DNA of 64,000 bases from Sedimentisphaerales bacterium. GTDB taxonomy: Bacteria > Planctomycetota > Phycisphaerae > Sedimentisphaerales > SM23-30. Shown here piece by piece: positions 21,781-32,495 of this stretch. The position numbers were made by a program, and so were the translations under genes. Location of the stretch: the NCBI GenBank assembly GCA_963666285.1, contig OY762711.1; one strand, 5' to 3'. Below the pieces are notes generated by a model. That model did not search any database. It was not told where the DNA came from and saw only the letters and a program-made list of their open reading frames with translations. How positions within the stretch are numbered: position 1 is the stretch's first letter; each line of letters starts with the position of its first letter.

Positions 21781-24700
21781 ATGCTGCATTTGGAAGCACT
21801 CGAAAGCCGTTGTCTATTATCTAATAATAGCGGATTGTTTGTTCTCGCGGAATTGGTGGGAGCCGAAGCCGCTGCTCCGCTTACGAATCATTTATCTATC
21901 ACTGATTCTCTTGACGTTGAAGATGATTCGTCTATGGATTTTGGCACACATTCTGTCGGCTATGCTACAGGATATGAATCGATTAGTTTTGAAAACATTA
22001 CTAATGATAATCTGGTAGTGACTGTTCTCTTCAAAGATATGGAGAACTTCAATTTTGCTGCTGATAATATCTTTATTACCGGCAACACTGATTCTGATAT
22101 TATAGATTTGAATAAATTCACAGCCTCAGATCTGGAAGATGGTGAGGTTGATATCCATTTGGAACCTGGTGCGACCGGTATTATCGACCTGTCATTTAAC
22201 CCGGTATCCGGTCCTTCTGATATACATGAAGTTATTAAATTCAAGGCCGGTGTCGATTCGGATGCTAACCAGGTGATCGATGAAACTGAAAAAGCTAACA
22301 ATGTCATTCAAACTGTTGACTTGTATGGTACCAGCACTCTTCTCTCCGGTCAGCAGCTTCATCTTAATACCGCTGAAATTTCAAATACAATTATTGTCAA
22401 CGGCAGCGATAACCAGTTTGTCTATGGCAATGACCCGGTAGAAATTAACCTTTCTCTGGTTAATACCTCTGGCAATGTCGTCGAGGATGCTCTTCTGGAT
22501 TTGAGTTTCTATCTTAGCTCTGACTCAGAGTTAAATTATAGCCAGGATACTTTGCTCTCTACCCAGTATATTGATCTGGTTTCTCAAGGAACATCAACGG
22601 CTACATATTCTGTAAATCTGCCGGCATCGACTCAGGGCGCATACACTATTTTCGCTGTGCTTGATCTGGATCATGACGTGATCAGTGAAGCCAACTTTAA
22701 TGCGAGACAGATTTGGAGCTCAGGTGAATTCTATGCCGTAACTGAATCTGTCTTTGTTAATGATACTGAAGGTAGTGTGGACGATCAGGATATCAATTAC
22801 GGTGAAGTTCCTGTTGGAAGCAATTCTACCATTCATTACGTAAATATTGTCAACACTTCCAGTACAGATGTTTCTGTTGATACTAATCTGGTTGTTAATG
22901 GTGCTGGTTTCTATATTGGCTACGATCGACCTGAAGCTATTCCGGCCGGTTATTCTTCTGTCAGCAGCAAAGAAGTCAGACCTTTTGACAATCTATATGC
23001 AGTTGATGGTGAATATTATAATTGGCTGACTTTTGATACTCTTGAAATGAAAACCGTTACATTTGGTGTTGACAGCTATGTTACCGGTGCCAATGTTTAT
23101 AATTCCTATGGTGATCTGATTGCTCAGGCGAGTGTCTCAGAACTTTACGATGCATACGATATTGGATATTATGGTGATTATTCCCAGGATGAGATTGATG
23201 AACTGCAGATGGAGCCGTTTACCTTTGAGGCTTTAGGCGCCGGTACATATTACATCGAATTGCTCGGTGCTGAAGGTAGCTTCGAGGTATATATCGATTC
23301 AGTTGATGTGTATGTCCCTGATGCTGATGTTATAACTTCAGATTCCGTTAGTACATTTAACCATACCGAAGAAACAAATATTTATTCGGTTGTTATTGAT
23401 CAGCCTACTGAGCTTAAAGGCGTAATCGATCTCTCTATTAGTAGTGACTATTACTATCCCGGCATAGAAACATATATTGCTCTTTACAATGACCCAAACC
23501 AGGATTCGCGATATTTACCTGATTCTGTAAATACAACTCTTGAAGTTTATAGTGAAGACGGGCTGCTGATCTATTCTTATGAATATGATTTCGAACAGAT
23601 GTATGAAGACTTTATCTCATACTATTCCTATGAGCTGGCTAACGACCTTAATATCAGTGACGATCCTTTTGCCAGTGACTTCTTCAAACAGGAGATAGAT
23701 ATCGATCTGCTGGTTGCAGGTACTTATACTTTTGTCTATACCCAGTCGACAGTGGATACCTTCCCTGGTAATGGCAATGGTAACGGCAATAACAATGACG
23801 ATACAAGTGTTACAGAAGTTCTTTTCAGTTACACCTCTTCTGATTCTGTATTCGATCTTTCCAAGGGTGATTCTCTTACTATCCCGGTAATGTTCAGCCC
23901 GGATGCTTCCGGTGAATTTAACGGCTCGCTGGAATTTAACCTGGTAGATAGTACTGATACTGTTTCTGTTGCTCTTCATGGTAACGGTGGCGCCGGCGAC
24001 CTTGAAATAACCGAAAATGCGATTGAGGCTACTTATCCGGAAAATATTCAGTCCGATGCGATTGTTACTATAGCTTCTACTATATATAATGATGGGCCTG
24101 GCCTTACTGTTGGCAACTCTGTACTGAAATTCTATCTCAGTAATGACGATATACTTGGAAATGATGATGATATCGCTCTCCAGCTGCAAGATGGTTCTTA
24201 CGAAATGGCACTGGATGATTTTGTTGTATATGAAGAGATCGAGTTCTTGTCTCATGTGTACATCCCGTCTGTCGATGCCGGTGATTATTATCTGTTTACC
24301 GAGCTGCAGCAGACAGATATCGCATCTGACCCGGATACTGATGTCACATCAACAATGGTATGGATTGATCCTTATGATACTGTTGTTGAATTATCAGAAA
24401 TAAATATTGATTTAAACACATCTCTAGTTAAAAGTGTTGAATATTCTACAGATACTGATGGTATCGGAAATATTTTGGAATTTGGATATAGTGGTATTGA
24501 CAGCATTATCCCTGAATATTTGAACTTCTTTAACAGAAGCGGTGAAGATGTTACTATTACTAATGTTGAACTGGCTTCAGGTCTGCACTACTATACCAGT
24601 CTTTCTGCTAATGGTGGCGCTGCAATTCCTGACGAAGGAGTTATTATTACACCTGGTCAGTATCAGAGAATTTATGTCTACTTCGACCCGCAGTTCTTTG

Positions 24701-27465
24701 ACACAGAGAATGTTATCCTGAATGATGTTATTACCGTAACCACCACCGAAACTCAATATAAAGTTGCATTGAATGGCGAAGTGCTGGGTGCTGATCTGGT
24801 TGTCTTGGAAAATACCGGTGCTGAGGCCAATGACGATATAATTGTTATGCCTGCCACCAGACCTGGCAAAACCAGTGAGATGGTAAGTATCACCCTGGCT
24901 AATATGGGTAACGAAGCCCTGACTGTTAATGAGTTCGATTTCCTTAACCCTCAGACTCCGTTCAGTGTTGTTGATCCAATAGACGGTACTGTTATCTCGG
25001 CAGGTATCACTATTCAGCCGGGCGAATCTGCTGTTGTCGGTCTGCTGTTCGAACCTACTACGGTTGGTACTTCAAGTGGGGTATTGACTATTCGCAGTAC
25101 AGACCCTGCTAATGATTTTGAATATAATATTGATATTTCCGGTGAAGGTGTTAACCCTGTTGTTCGTGTCTATGAAGACAGTGCTACTCCAAACGACAAC
25201 TCAATTGCTTATGGTTCCTACGGCACTGTTAAGTCATCTGACCCTGTTGAGCAGATAATTCTGCATAATATCGGTTCTGATACCTTGTATATTTCTGATA
25301 TCTCGTTTGCCAATGACAATCCGAACGATTTTGCTATTCTGGAAGACCTGTTTGGTGAAAACAGTGTTATAGAAGTAGCTCCTGGCGAGCAGTTGGTATT
25401 CAATGTTGAATTTATTGCTGATATTGAAGGCAGCTATTCTGACACCTTGAATATCACATCTCTCGATGATGTCGAAGTTATCCATTTTGGCGGATCAATT
25501 GAAGAAACCGAAGTTTATGTTTCTAAGCAGGGTTCTACCGATCCTGTTGACGAAGTTGATCTTGGCAGTATAGCTGTTAACTCACTGGTTACCGAGTCTG
25601 AAGTTGAGAAAATACAAATTTTCAATTTCAATGTAAGCGGCCATTCTTCTGTATTTGTCTCAACTATTGAGATAACAAATTCTGGATTTTCGCTGCTTGA
25701 TAGTGAAGGAAATTCTACTCATTCTATCAGTGTTAACAGGGAATTGGACCCAGGCGAAAAGATTTCACTTTATGTGCAGTTTGATGCTTACTATGATGGC
25801 GAATTCCTTGCCGATGGTGAACATACCGGTACTGTTACAATTAACGGTTCTGCTCAGACTCAATATGACGTTAGCTGTACAGTTGTTACACCGGAAATTG
25901 AACTTGATAGTTCCAGCTTAACCTTTGAAGAAACCTTGATCGGTCAGAAGTCTTCTCAGTTTATTACTGTTGCGAATACCGGTACTTCTGATCTGACTAT
26001 TACCGGTTATAATAGTACCGATGATCAGTTTACTATCTTTAATAGTAATGTTGTTATCCCTGCCGGAGAATCTGCTCAACTCGAATTTGTCTATGAGCCT
26101 GACAGTATTGATTCATCAAGTGCAGTAATTACTTTGCTGACCGGTGATATGGATGAAAGTGAAATTGATATCAATGTTGCCGGAGTAAGTGCCGGTAATA
26201 TTCTGGCTCCTTCAAAGGTCTCCGGCGATAATTATACTTATGTTTTCAATAATGCCGATGATCAGCGAGTTAAACTGATTGTGAAATATGTCACAGAAGA
26301 TGCAAAAAGTGATGCCGTTCCTTATGTATACCTTGACTCTTCTGACGATAGTGGAAATATTTCCAAGATTGTTATGCCGGGTTCTGCTATTGGGTCTAGC
26401 ATTTCGATTTCAGGAGAAGTTGAAATTTATTCTATCGAGGCCGGTAGTCTTAAAGCTATAAAAGCATCGAATGCCGATCTTGATGGTGATATATATCTTA
26501 CCGGATCTATTGGTCAGATTCAGTTAGACCAGATTGCAGCTGATTCAAGTATTACTGTTTTAGATGATGAAAAAGATGTTTCTGTTAAAGCTGACACTGT
26601 CGCCGAAAATACAGTGTTCGATATACATGCTGATGTTAAGACCTTCCAAGCCAGTACCTTTGATAGTGGCAGCCTTATCGCAAATGACATTCAGTCAATC
26701 AATGTCAAAAATGATCTGGGTGCCGACCTTATCAGCTATAATGAAATCAAATCTGTTAATGTTAAAGGTGATATCGATGGTGATATCAGGGCTCTGAAAT
26801 CTATCGGGTCGGTTAAGGCCGGCGGTGATATCAGTGATAACTTCATAATTGCCGGTGATGATTCAATCGACGATCAGGCTCGTGCCTATTATAACGGTTC
26901 GATTAAGAGCGTTCAGGCCGGTGGCGATATTAGTGCAAACATTATGGCCGCTGATGATATCGATAAGATCATGGCAGCTAAAGGCAATATGTCAGGTTAT
27001 GTCAGGGCTGATAATATTAAATCTGTTAAAGTTGCTAATCTTGACAATGCCGTTATCAGTGCTGCTGATAGCCTCGGCTCTGTTAGTGTTAAAAGCGATA
27101 TCTCTGATTCATTCCTTATGGGTGGATATGATATCGGTGTTGCAACCAGCCTTAATGAACTTGCTTCCTTCCAGGATGACAGTTTCGGTGCCGGTTCAAT
27201 TGGAAAGGTTAGCTTCGGCGGACAGTTCAGTGACTCATATGTTACTGCCGGTGCCATGCCGTCGTTTGCTCTTGATTCTCTCTATGGTTTCAGCCTCAGC
27301 GGCGGAGAAAATCAGTCTGAAGGTTCTTCCAATATCGGTAGTATCAAAGGTAAATATGTTGATACTTCAAGTGATAGTGGAACTATATTCGGCTTCTATG
27401 CCTCTGGAGCTATCAATAGCAACCTGAGTGGTAACGATGATTTCCAGATCGTCGAATCCTTCTAA
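21781..27465 (+). CDS. Giant acidic surface protein with planctomycete LEPRxLL-type motif and repeated Ig-like (CARDB / choice-of-anchor-D-like) domains
   Basis: N-terminal LEALESRCLL; repeated FG..ITxxNxGxxxLxI..I.PGE..F.P units; C-terminal I.SV.. beta repeats. Confidence 0.8.
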   Translation: MLHLEALESRCLLSNNSGLFVLAELVGAEAAAPLTNHLSITDSLDVEDDSSMDFGTHSVGYATGYESISFENITNDNLVVTVLFKDMENFNFAADNIFITGNTDSDIIDLNKFTASDLEDGEVDIHLEPGATGIIDLSFNPVSGPSDIHEVIKFKAGVDSDANQVIDETEKANNVIQTVDLYGTSTLLSGQQLHLNTAEISNTIIVNGSDNQFVYGNDPVEINLSLVNTSGNVVEDALLDLSFYLSSDSELNYSQDTLLSTQYIDLVSQGTSTATYSVNLPASTQGAYTIFAVLDLDHDVISEANFNARQIWSSGEFYAVTESVFVNDTEGSVDDQDINYGEVPVGSNSTIHYVNIVNTSSTDVSVDTNLVVNGAGFYIGYDRPEAIPAGYSSVSSKEVRPFDNLYAVDGEYYNWLTFDTLEMKTVTFGVDSYVTGANVYNSYGDLIAQASVSELYDAYDIGYYGDYSQDEIDELQMEPFTFEALGAGTYYIELLGAEGSFEVYIDSVDVYVPDADVITSDSVSTFNHTEETNIYSVVIDQPTELKGVIDLSISSDYYYPGIETYIALYNDPNQDSRYLPDSVNTTLEVYSEDGLLIYSYEYDFEQMYEDFISYYSYELANDLNISDDPFASDFFKQEIDIDLLVAGTYTFVYTQSTVDTFPGNGNGNGNNNDDTSVTEVLFSYTSSDSVFDLSKGDSLTIPVMFSPDASGEFNGSLEFNLVDSTDTVSVALHGNGGAGDLEITENAIEATYPENIQSDAIVTIASTIYNDGPGLTVGNSVLKFYLSNDDILGNDDDIALQLQDGSYEMALDDFVVYEEIEFLSHVYIPSVDAGDYYLFTELQQTDIASDPDTDVTSTMVWIDPYDTVVELSEINIDLNTSLVKSVEYSTDTDGIGNILEFGYSGIDSIIPEYLNFFNRSGEDVTITNVELASGLHYYTSLSANGGAAIPDEGVIITPGQYQRIYVYFDPQFFDTENVILNDVITVTTTETQYKVALNGEVLGADLVVLENTGAEANDDIIVMPATRPGKTSEMVSITLANMGNEALTVNEFDFLNPQTPFSVVDPIDGTVISAGITIQPGESAVVGLLFEPTTVGTSSGVLTIRSTDPANDFEYNIDISGEGVNPVVRVYEDSATPNDNSIAYGSYGTVKSSDPVEQIILHNIGSDTLYISDISFANDNPNDFAILEDLFGENSVIEVAPGEQLVFNVEFIADIEGSYSDTLNITSLDDVEVIHFGGSIEETEVYVSKQGSTDPVDEVDLGSIAVNSLVTESEVEKIQIFNFNVSGHSSVFVSTIEITNSGFSLLDSEGNSTHSISVNRELDPGEKISLYVQFDAYYDGEFLADGEHTGTVTINGSAQTQYDVSCTVVTPEIELDSSSLTFEETLIGQKSSQFITVANTGTSDLTITGYNSTDDQFTIFNSNVVIPAGESAQLEFVYEPDSIDSSSAVITLLTGDMDESEIDINVAGVSAGNILAPSKVSGDNYTYVFNNADDQRVKLIVKYVTEDAKSDAVPYVYLDSSDDSGNISKIVMPGSAIGSSISISGEVEIYSIEAGSLKAIKASNADLDGDIYLTGSIGQIQLDQIAADSSITVLDDEKDVSVKADTVAENTVFDIHADVKTFQASTFDSGSLIANDIQSINVKNDLGADLISYNEIKSVNVKGDIDGDIRALKSIGSVKAGGDISDNFIIAGDDSIDDQARAYYNGSIKSVQAGGDISANIMAADDIDKIMAAKGNMSGYVRADNIKSVKVANLDNAVISAADSLGSVSVKSDISDSFLMGGYDIGVATSLNELASFQDDSFGAGSIGKVSFGGQFSDSYVTAGAMPSFALDSLYGFSLSGGENQSEGSSNIGSIKGKYVDTSSDSGTIFGFYASGAINSNLSGNDDFQIVESF

Positions 27466-27509
27466 TATTAGTATGTAATATTACATGATCAATCATGACG
27501 TTTTCCCCA

Positions 27510-27545
27510 GGCCGCGGTAATTATTTTGCCGCGGCTTTTTTTGTT
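27510..27545 (+). terminator. Intrinsic terminator
   Basis: gccgcggtaa/ttgccgcggc stem followed by T run. Confidence 0.85.
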
Positions 27546-27685
27546 TCCTTTTTCCTCTGTGAGTCCTAAAATATATATGCGCATTATTGCGCAGCGTAAG
27601 GCTTACTTGCCGATTATAATTATTATTGCATATTACGGGGCTTTGTTTCCCTCTTGCTCAGCTGCGGGAATGAAACTTCTCCGGT

Positions 27686-29344
27686 ATGCCGACTTTTATT
27701 TCTCAGGAAAACATGTCTGCTAAAACAAATAAAAAAACTGATAAGTTACTTAGAAGATACCTGGTTAATATGGACACCAGTCGTATGGGACACATATTTG
27801 CCGATTGTATTGTTATCGGTTCCGGTATCGCCGGTTTAAGAGCCGCTCTGGAAGCTTCCAGGTCTGGCCGGGTATTGCTCATTACCAAGGGTGATGTACC
27901 TGACAGTAATTCTTATTACGCTCAGGGCGGTATAGCTGCCGTTGTCAGGGATGATGATTCTTTTCAGGCTCATATTGACGACACGCTCAGTACCGGTTGT
28001 GGCTTATCCAATGAAGATGTTGTCAGTAAAGTTATCCGGGAGGCACCTGTTCATATAAACGAACTCGTCGGGTGGGGTACTCCGTTCGATAAAAATGACA
28101 CCGAGCTGGATGCCGGTCGCGAAGGCGGCCATTCAAACTTCAGGGTTGTTCATGCGCTGGGCGATGCTACCGGCAAAGCTATTGTCGAAACTCTCTGGCA
28201 GAAGGTTAAAGAGAACGATCGCATCAAGATTTTTGATAGATGCTATTGTATCGATCTGCTGACTAATGATGGACAATGTGTGGGAGTTGTCAACTGGCAT
28301 AATAAATATCGCATGCAATGCTGCTGGTCTGGCAATGTTATTCTTGCCACCGGTGGTGCTGGTAGGTTATGGCGTGAATCCACTAATCCGAACGTCTCTA
28401 CCGCCGATGGACTTGCTATGGCCTGGCGGGCCGGCGCCGTTCTGGCCGACCTCGAATTTATGCAGTTTCATCCTACCACAATTTATATCGCCGGTGCCGA
28501 CCGAACGCTTATTACCGAGGCACTTCGCGGTGAAGGCGCATATCTGGTCGATGCCGACGGCAACAGGTTTATGCAGGACTATCATGCGATGGCTGAGCTC
28601 GCCCCGCGCGATGTCGTCAGCCGGGCAATATTCGATCAAATGTCCAAAAAAAATACTACCAGTGTCTTTCTCGATGTTCGCCATCTTGGCAGCGAATTTT
28701 TGGATAGCCGTTTCCCTACTATCAGTGCCTTGTGCGGGTCGTTTGATATCGATGTCAATAATGACCTTATCCCTGTTCGGCCAAGTGCTCATTATATGAT
28801 CGGTGGTGTTTATACCGATATCAATGGCAGAACCAATTTGCCCGGACTCTTCTGTTGTGGCGAGGTTGCCTGCACAGGGCTTCATGGCGGCAATCGTCTG
28901 GCCAGTAACTCGCTGCTCGAAGCGCTTGTCTTTGGCAAAATATGCGGTCAGCAGGTTTGCGAAAATATCGAATCCGGCTCCAAGCCGCAAATGTTCCATA
29001 TGAACTATGAAGTCCCTCACTCTGAACGTTCGCGGTTGGACGTCCCTGATGTTATGAACTCGCTTATGGCTCTTATGTGGCGTAATGTCGGGGTTGCCCG
29101 CGAGCAGGGCCATCTTGCCGAGGCTGTCGAAATTATCGAGTTCTGGCAGAGATATGTTATGGACAAGGTTTTCGACAAACCGGCCGAATGGCAATGTCAG
29201 AATATGCTTACCGTTTGTCGGCAGATCGCTAAATTTGCCCTGCGGCGGCAGGAGTCTCGAGGCGTTCATTTCCGAACCGATTTCCTGGATACCTCTCAGG
29301 ATTTCCAGAAGCATTCCACCACCGAACCGGTCGATCTGAAATAG
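27686..29344 (+). CDS. nadB: L-aspartate oxidase
   Basis: GSGIAG, AQGGIA, REGGH, QFHPT, ELAPRD, GLHGGNRLASNSLLE, ESRGVH. Confidence 0.95.
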   Translation: MPTFISQENMSAKTNKKTDKLLRRYLVNMDTSRMGHIFADCIVIGSGIAGLRAALEASRSGRVLLITKGDVPDSNSYYAQGGIAAVVRDDDSFQAHIDDTLSTGCGLSNEDVVSKVIREAPVHINELVGWGTPFDKNDTELDAGREGGHSNFRVVHALGDATGKAIVETLWQKVKENDRIKIFDRCYCIDLLTNDGQCVGVVNWHNKYRMQCCWSGNVILATGGAGRLWRESTNPNVSTADGLAMAWRAGAVLADLEFMQFHPTTIYIAGADRTLITEALRGEGAYLVDADGNRFMQDYHAMAELAPRDVVSRAIFDQMSKKNTTSVFLDVRHLGSEFLDSRFPTISALCGSFDIDVNNDLIPVRPSAHYMIGGVYTDINGRTNLPGLFCCGEVACTGLHGGNRLASNSLLEALVFGKICGQQVCENIESGSKPQMFHMNYEVPHSERSRLDVPDVMNSLMALMWRNVGVAREQGHLAEAVEIIEFWQRYVMDKVFDKPAEWQCQNMLTVCRQIAKFALRRQESRGVHFRTDFLDTSQDFQKHSTTEPVDLK

Positions 29345-29346
29345 AC

Positions 29347-29625
29347 CTAAACATCAGCTTCCAGGATCTTTCGTTCGATAGCTTTATTCCGGAAATACAA
29401 TGCCAGGTCAACCAGCACCAGTAATCCGTTCAGGGCATATAGCCATGTAACCTGGTCAAAATCGTTTTGTATTTTGTGGATTATTCCCGCAATATATCCC
29501 ACCAGTACCATTAGTAAAAATCTGGCTGACTTACTGCCGACCTGGCGGCTTTTCCATGACTTATATATCGAAACCGGCCATGCCGCGCCAAAACAGACTA
29601 ACATTATTATTTCAAATATACTCAT
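29347..29625 (-). CDS. Small 3-TM PQ-loop/SemiSWEET-like membrane protein
   Basis: 92 aa, three hydrophobic helices, FGAAWP.SIYKS. Confidence 0.6.
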   Translation of the reverse strand: MSIFEIIMLVCFGAAWPVSIYKSWKSRQVGSKSARFLLMVLVGYIAGIIHKIQNDFDQVTWLYALNGLLVLVDLALYFRNKAIERKILEADV

Positions 29626-29667
29626 AAGTGATTCTTATCTCGTATGCCATAACTTTCCCCTCTTGAG

Positions 29668-30252
29668 TTACCTTATTTCTTGTTTCCAGTCAACCGGCGG
29701 TTGCTCGTTATTAATGCTTATCATTTCGATATCGGTGATTTTATATTTATCGTTTCTGCCTCGATTATATGTAAACTGCCATTTACTCGTTGACATTCCT
29801 GCCATTGCATAATCACCGTTCTGGTCAAAAACTGTAAAGGCTGTAAACTCTACCAGGGCCTGGTCATCTTCAGCTTTAATTACGTTTAATGACTTGATGC
29901 TGTTTGAACTGAATTGTTTCTTCCTCAGGAAAGTTCTTATCGAGGCCGACATTTGATCGCGGCTGATACCGCCGATCTCCATTGTCTCATGCAACGCCCC
30001 GATGACAAAGCCACTGTCCGGTTTGACCGTTGCCTCAACAATTTTCCTGGTTAAGGCATCTGCCTGTTCCCGATTGGTTTCTACCGACCTGTCCAGCCCC
30101 CATACCACGACAGCTAAGATTACTCCTGACAATAATGCCAGGTGCCTCAAACGCCGTTGGGAAAAACTTATGTAGATTAACGCTCCGATTTCAACAGCTG
30201 CCGCTGCCAGGAATCCGTAAGAGGGGTCATCAAATATATAATACATTGCCAA
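29668..30252 (-). CDS. Membrane-anchored hypothetical protein (NTF2-like C-terminus)
   Basis: Two TM helices followed by an alpha/beta domain. Confidence 0.6.
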   Translation of the reverse strand: MAMYYIFDDPSYGFLAAAAVEIGALIYISFSQRRLRHLALLSGVILAVVVWGLDRSVETNREQADALTRKIVEATVKPDSGFVIGALHETMEIGGISRDQMSASIRTFLRKKQFSSNSIKSLNVIKAEDDQALVEFTAFTVFDQNGDYAMAGMSTSKWQFTYNRGRNDKYKITDIEMISINNEQPPVDWKQEIR

Positions 30253-30305
30253 TCTCCCGCTATTGAATAATTCTAATCTGACACCTGAAAATTAACTTAT
30301 ATATT

Positions 30306-30463
30306 AGTTTACTTTCGCAGTTTTTAAGTTGTAAAAATCGCCTAAAAGGGCCTTCCTGCAACACTTATTTTTTAAACAAACGTGAGACGATAGTCGAACA
30401 CCTCCCCTTATGCCTGATCCCTTATCTCTTATGCTTCTCAAACCGACCATCGGTCAGTTTGTG
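30306..30463 (+). repeat. Repeat family A copy 3 + hairpin/ACACCT + heptamers + palindrome B
   Basis: Direct match to the other modules. Confidence 0.9.
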
Positions 30464-30467
30464 TTAG

Positions 30468-31478
30468 TTAATTTTCCATCTTTTCGATAGTAAATTTTAT
30501 CGGGGTTTTCTTACGGTTTATTATCTCTATCTTATCACCTGCCGGGCCGGTATTATACACTGGTATCCTCGCAATTTCCTTATCGATCATTGCCAGGTCT
30601 TCTTCCGTTATTACTATCATCAAATGTACCGGCGAATCATAGTAGCTGTCTAATACCTGGTTGTCTCCCCGGCATTGAATAGTCTGGTATTCATCCATCT
30701 GCGGTGACTTTTCGTCGATTACTATACGATACTTGCCTTCCATTGAATACGGCCATAGCACGCCAAACCTCGGCGAGTTAATCTCACGCTCCGGAACAAC
30801 GCTTATTATCGGTGATATCCTGATTGACACTTCGTATTCTGCTGCGCTTCGATATGGGGTAAAAACCGCGGCCTTGACTGTTATCGCTTTCTCCGTTGCT
30901 TCCTGACGCTGCTTGTCGGTTAGCTCTACTATCGCCTCTGTATTATTTCCTTCGATTATATATGCGTCCACCGTCTCGGGTACAACTTTTTCCGGGGATA
31001 GTTTCTGACCTCTGTGATACACCACTACCGGCACCGGTTTATTTACCAGCCTGGTAACTTTTACATTTACCGTTTGAGGTAATGCATCGGCAACCATCAG
31101 GAAGTGATTCCGTTCATCGATTTCAAATTTGCCTTCCAGCAAATCTCTTACCTTTAATGACACTATCTCAAACTTGCCCGGCTCCGGCAAAACATCAATT
31201 ATAGTCGTATTAATATCGTGTACACTGGAGTTTAGTTTCGCCGCCTGATTTACCCTGCCGGTTGTCCCTTCAACGGTAAGTTTGACATCCAGTTTATTAT
31301 CCGCCAGCGGAACATTATCCTCATCCAGAAATTCTATTATTGTATCACCTTCACTCTGGGGAATCTGCAGGCGAACGCGTACCTGGTCACGCTTCGTTAC
31401 CGCCTGCTCTGCTGTTACCCATATCAGGCACGTCAGTAATACGACGATGAAACCACTTTTTATCTTTTCTGCTATCAT
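30468..31478 (-). CDS. CdaR/YbbR-like protein
   Basis: N-terminal TM helix, beta-rich repeats, directly downstream of cdaA. Confidence 0.6.
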   Translation of the reverse strand: MIAEKIKSGFIVVLLTCLIWVTAEQAVTKRDQVRVRLQIPQSEGDTIIEFLDEDNVPLADNKLDVKLTVEGTTGRVNQAAKLNSSVHDINTTIIDVLPEPGKFEIVSLKVRDLLEGKFEIDERNHFLMVADALPQTVNVKVTRLVNKPVPVVVYHRGQKLSPEKVVPETVDAYIIEGNNTEAIVELTDKQRQEATEKAITVKAAVFTPYRSAAEYEVSIRISPIISVVPEREINSPRFGVLWPYSMEGKYRIVIDEKSPQMDEYQTIQCRGDNQVLDSYYDSPVHLMIVITEEDLAMIDKEIARIPVYNTGPAGDKIEIINRKKTPIKFTIEKMEN

Positions 31479-31561
31479 GTACTATTTTCTTTCACAGTTG
31501 TCAAACTGCAAAAACAGCTAACCCTGAAAAGCCGGAACTTACATTGAACTTGATTCCTGCT

Positions 31562-32383
31562 TTACCCTTTTTTGGGTGTCTTTTTCTTTTCTTTTTCCTG
31601 TTTCGAAAGAACTGTCAGGTCGAATAACTGCTGACGCAGCTGCTCAACTGTTAGAAACCTTGCCAGCTTGCCATTCAATGCCAGCGAAATATTACCTGTC
31701 TCCTCGCTCACTACCACAATCGCGGCATCTGTTACCTTACTCAAACCTATCGCTGCTCTATGTCGGGAGCCTAACTGGCGATCGTATTCTCCATGCTCGG
31801 CCAGCGGAAACTGTACGCCCGCCGCTTTCACCAGGCCGTTGCTCACTACCACTCCCATATCATGCAGCGGAGTGCCGGGCCAGAATATCGTATTCAAAAG
31901 GTCAATACTAACCTTTGCATCCAGCATAGTGCCGGTCGCCATCCAGTCGCCAAGTTTTACATCTCGTTCGATTGCTATTATCGCTCCGATATGTGCCCGG
32001 CTCATTGCCGCCACGGCATTTACTATGTTTTCCACCGCTCGCGCAGACTCGCTGAAACTGCCTCTGCCAAACCTGGTGCCGCCCAGCCGGATTAGGCCGC
32101 GCCTGATCTCTGGCTGAAATGCTACCGTGGATATTACCATTACTGATACCAGGAAATATTTCATCAGAAGCTGGATACGTTCCAGTTCAAGATCGAGATT
32201 GGTTGCTATTATACGCAGTACCCAGACACCCAGCAATACAACAATCAAACCGCGAAATAGTTTCTCGCCGCCGGTACCACGCAGAAATCGCATAACTGAC
32301 CAGACCACAAAACCGATCAAAAGCATTTCGATCATGATCGGGCCCAGCTCGTATGTCTTTAGATATTCAAAATATTCACGCAA
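31562..32383 (-). CDS. cdaA: Diadenylate cyclase CdaA/DacA
   Basis: 3 TM, FQPEIRRGL, TPLHD, GSRHRAAIG, VVSEETG. Confidence 0.92.
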   Translation of the reverse strand: MREYFEYLKTYELGPIMIEMLLIGFVVWSVMRFLRGTGGEKLFRGLIVVLLGVWVLRIIATNLDLELERIQLLMKYFLVSVMVISTVAFQPEIRRGLIRLGGTRFGRGSFSESARAVENIVNAVAAMSRAHIGAIIAIERDVKLGDWMATGTMLDAKVSIDLLNTIFWPGTPLHDMGVVVSNGLVKAAGVQFPLAEHGEYDRQLGSRHRAAIGLSKVTDAAIVVVSEETGNISLALNGKLARFLTVEQLRQQLFDLTVLSKQEKEKKKTPKKG

Positions 32384-32495
32384 TTAATTCTTGTCTCTCG
32401 TAATAAATGAATGGCTGCAAGATGCAAAGCCATAATACAAGGTCGCGTTAGCGACACCTTAACTTTTCTCTCGGTTGATTTTGGCAAAGCCGAAA

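Noticed and set aside
23767..23796. GGYAAY microrepeat
   Set aside because: Encodes a Gly-Asn linker within the surface protein
28367..29314. 315-aa antisense ORF over nadB, and other short overlapping ORFs in the track
   Set aside because: Shadow frames of well-supported genes with no recognisable motifs
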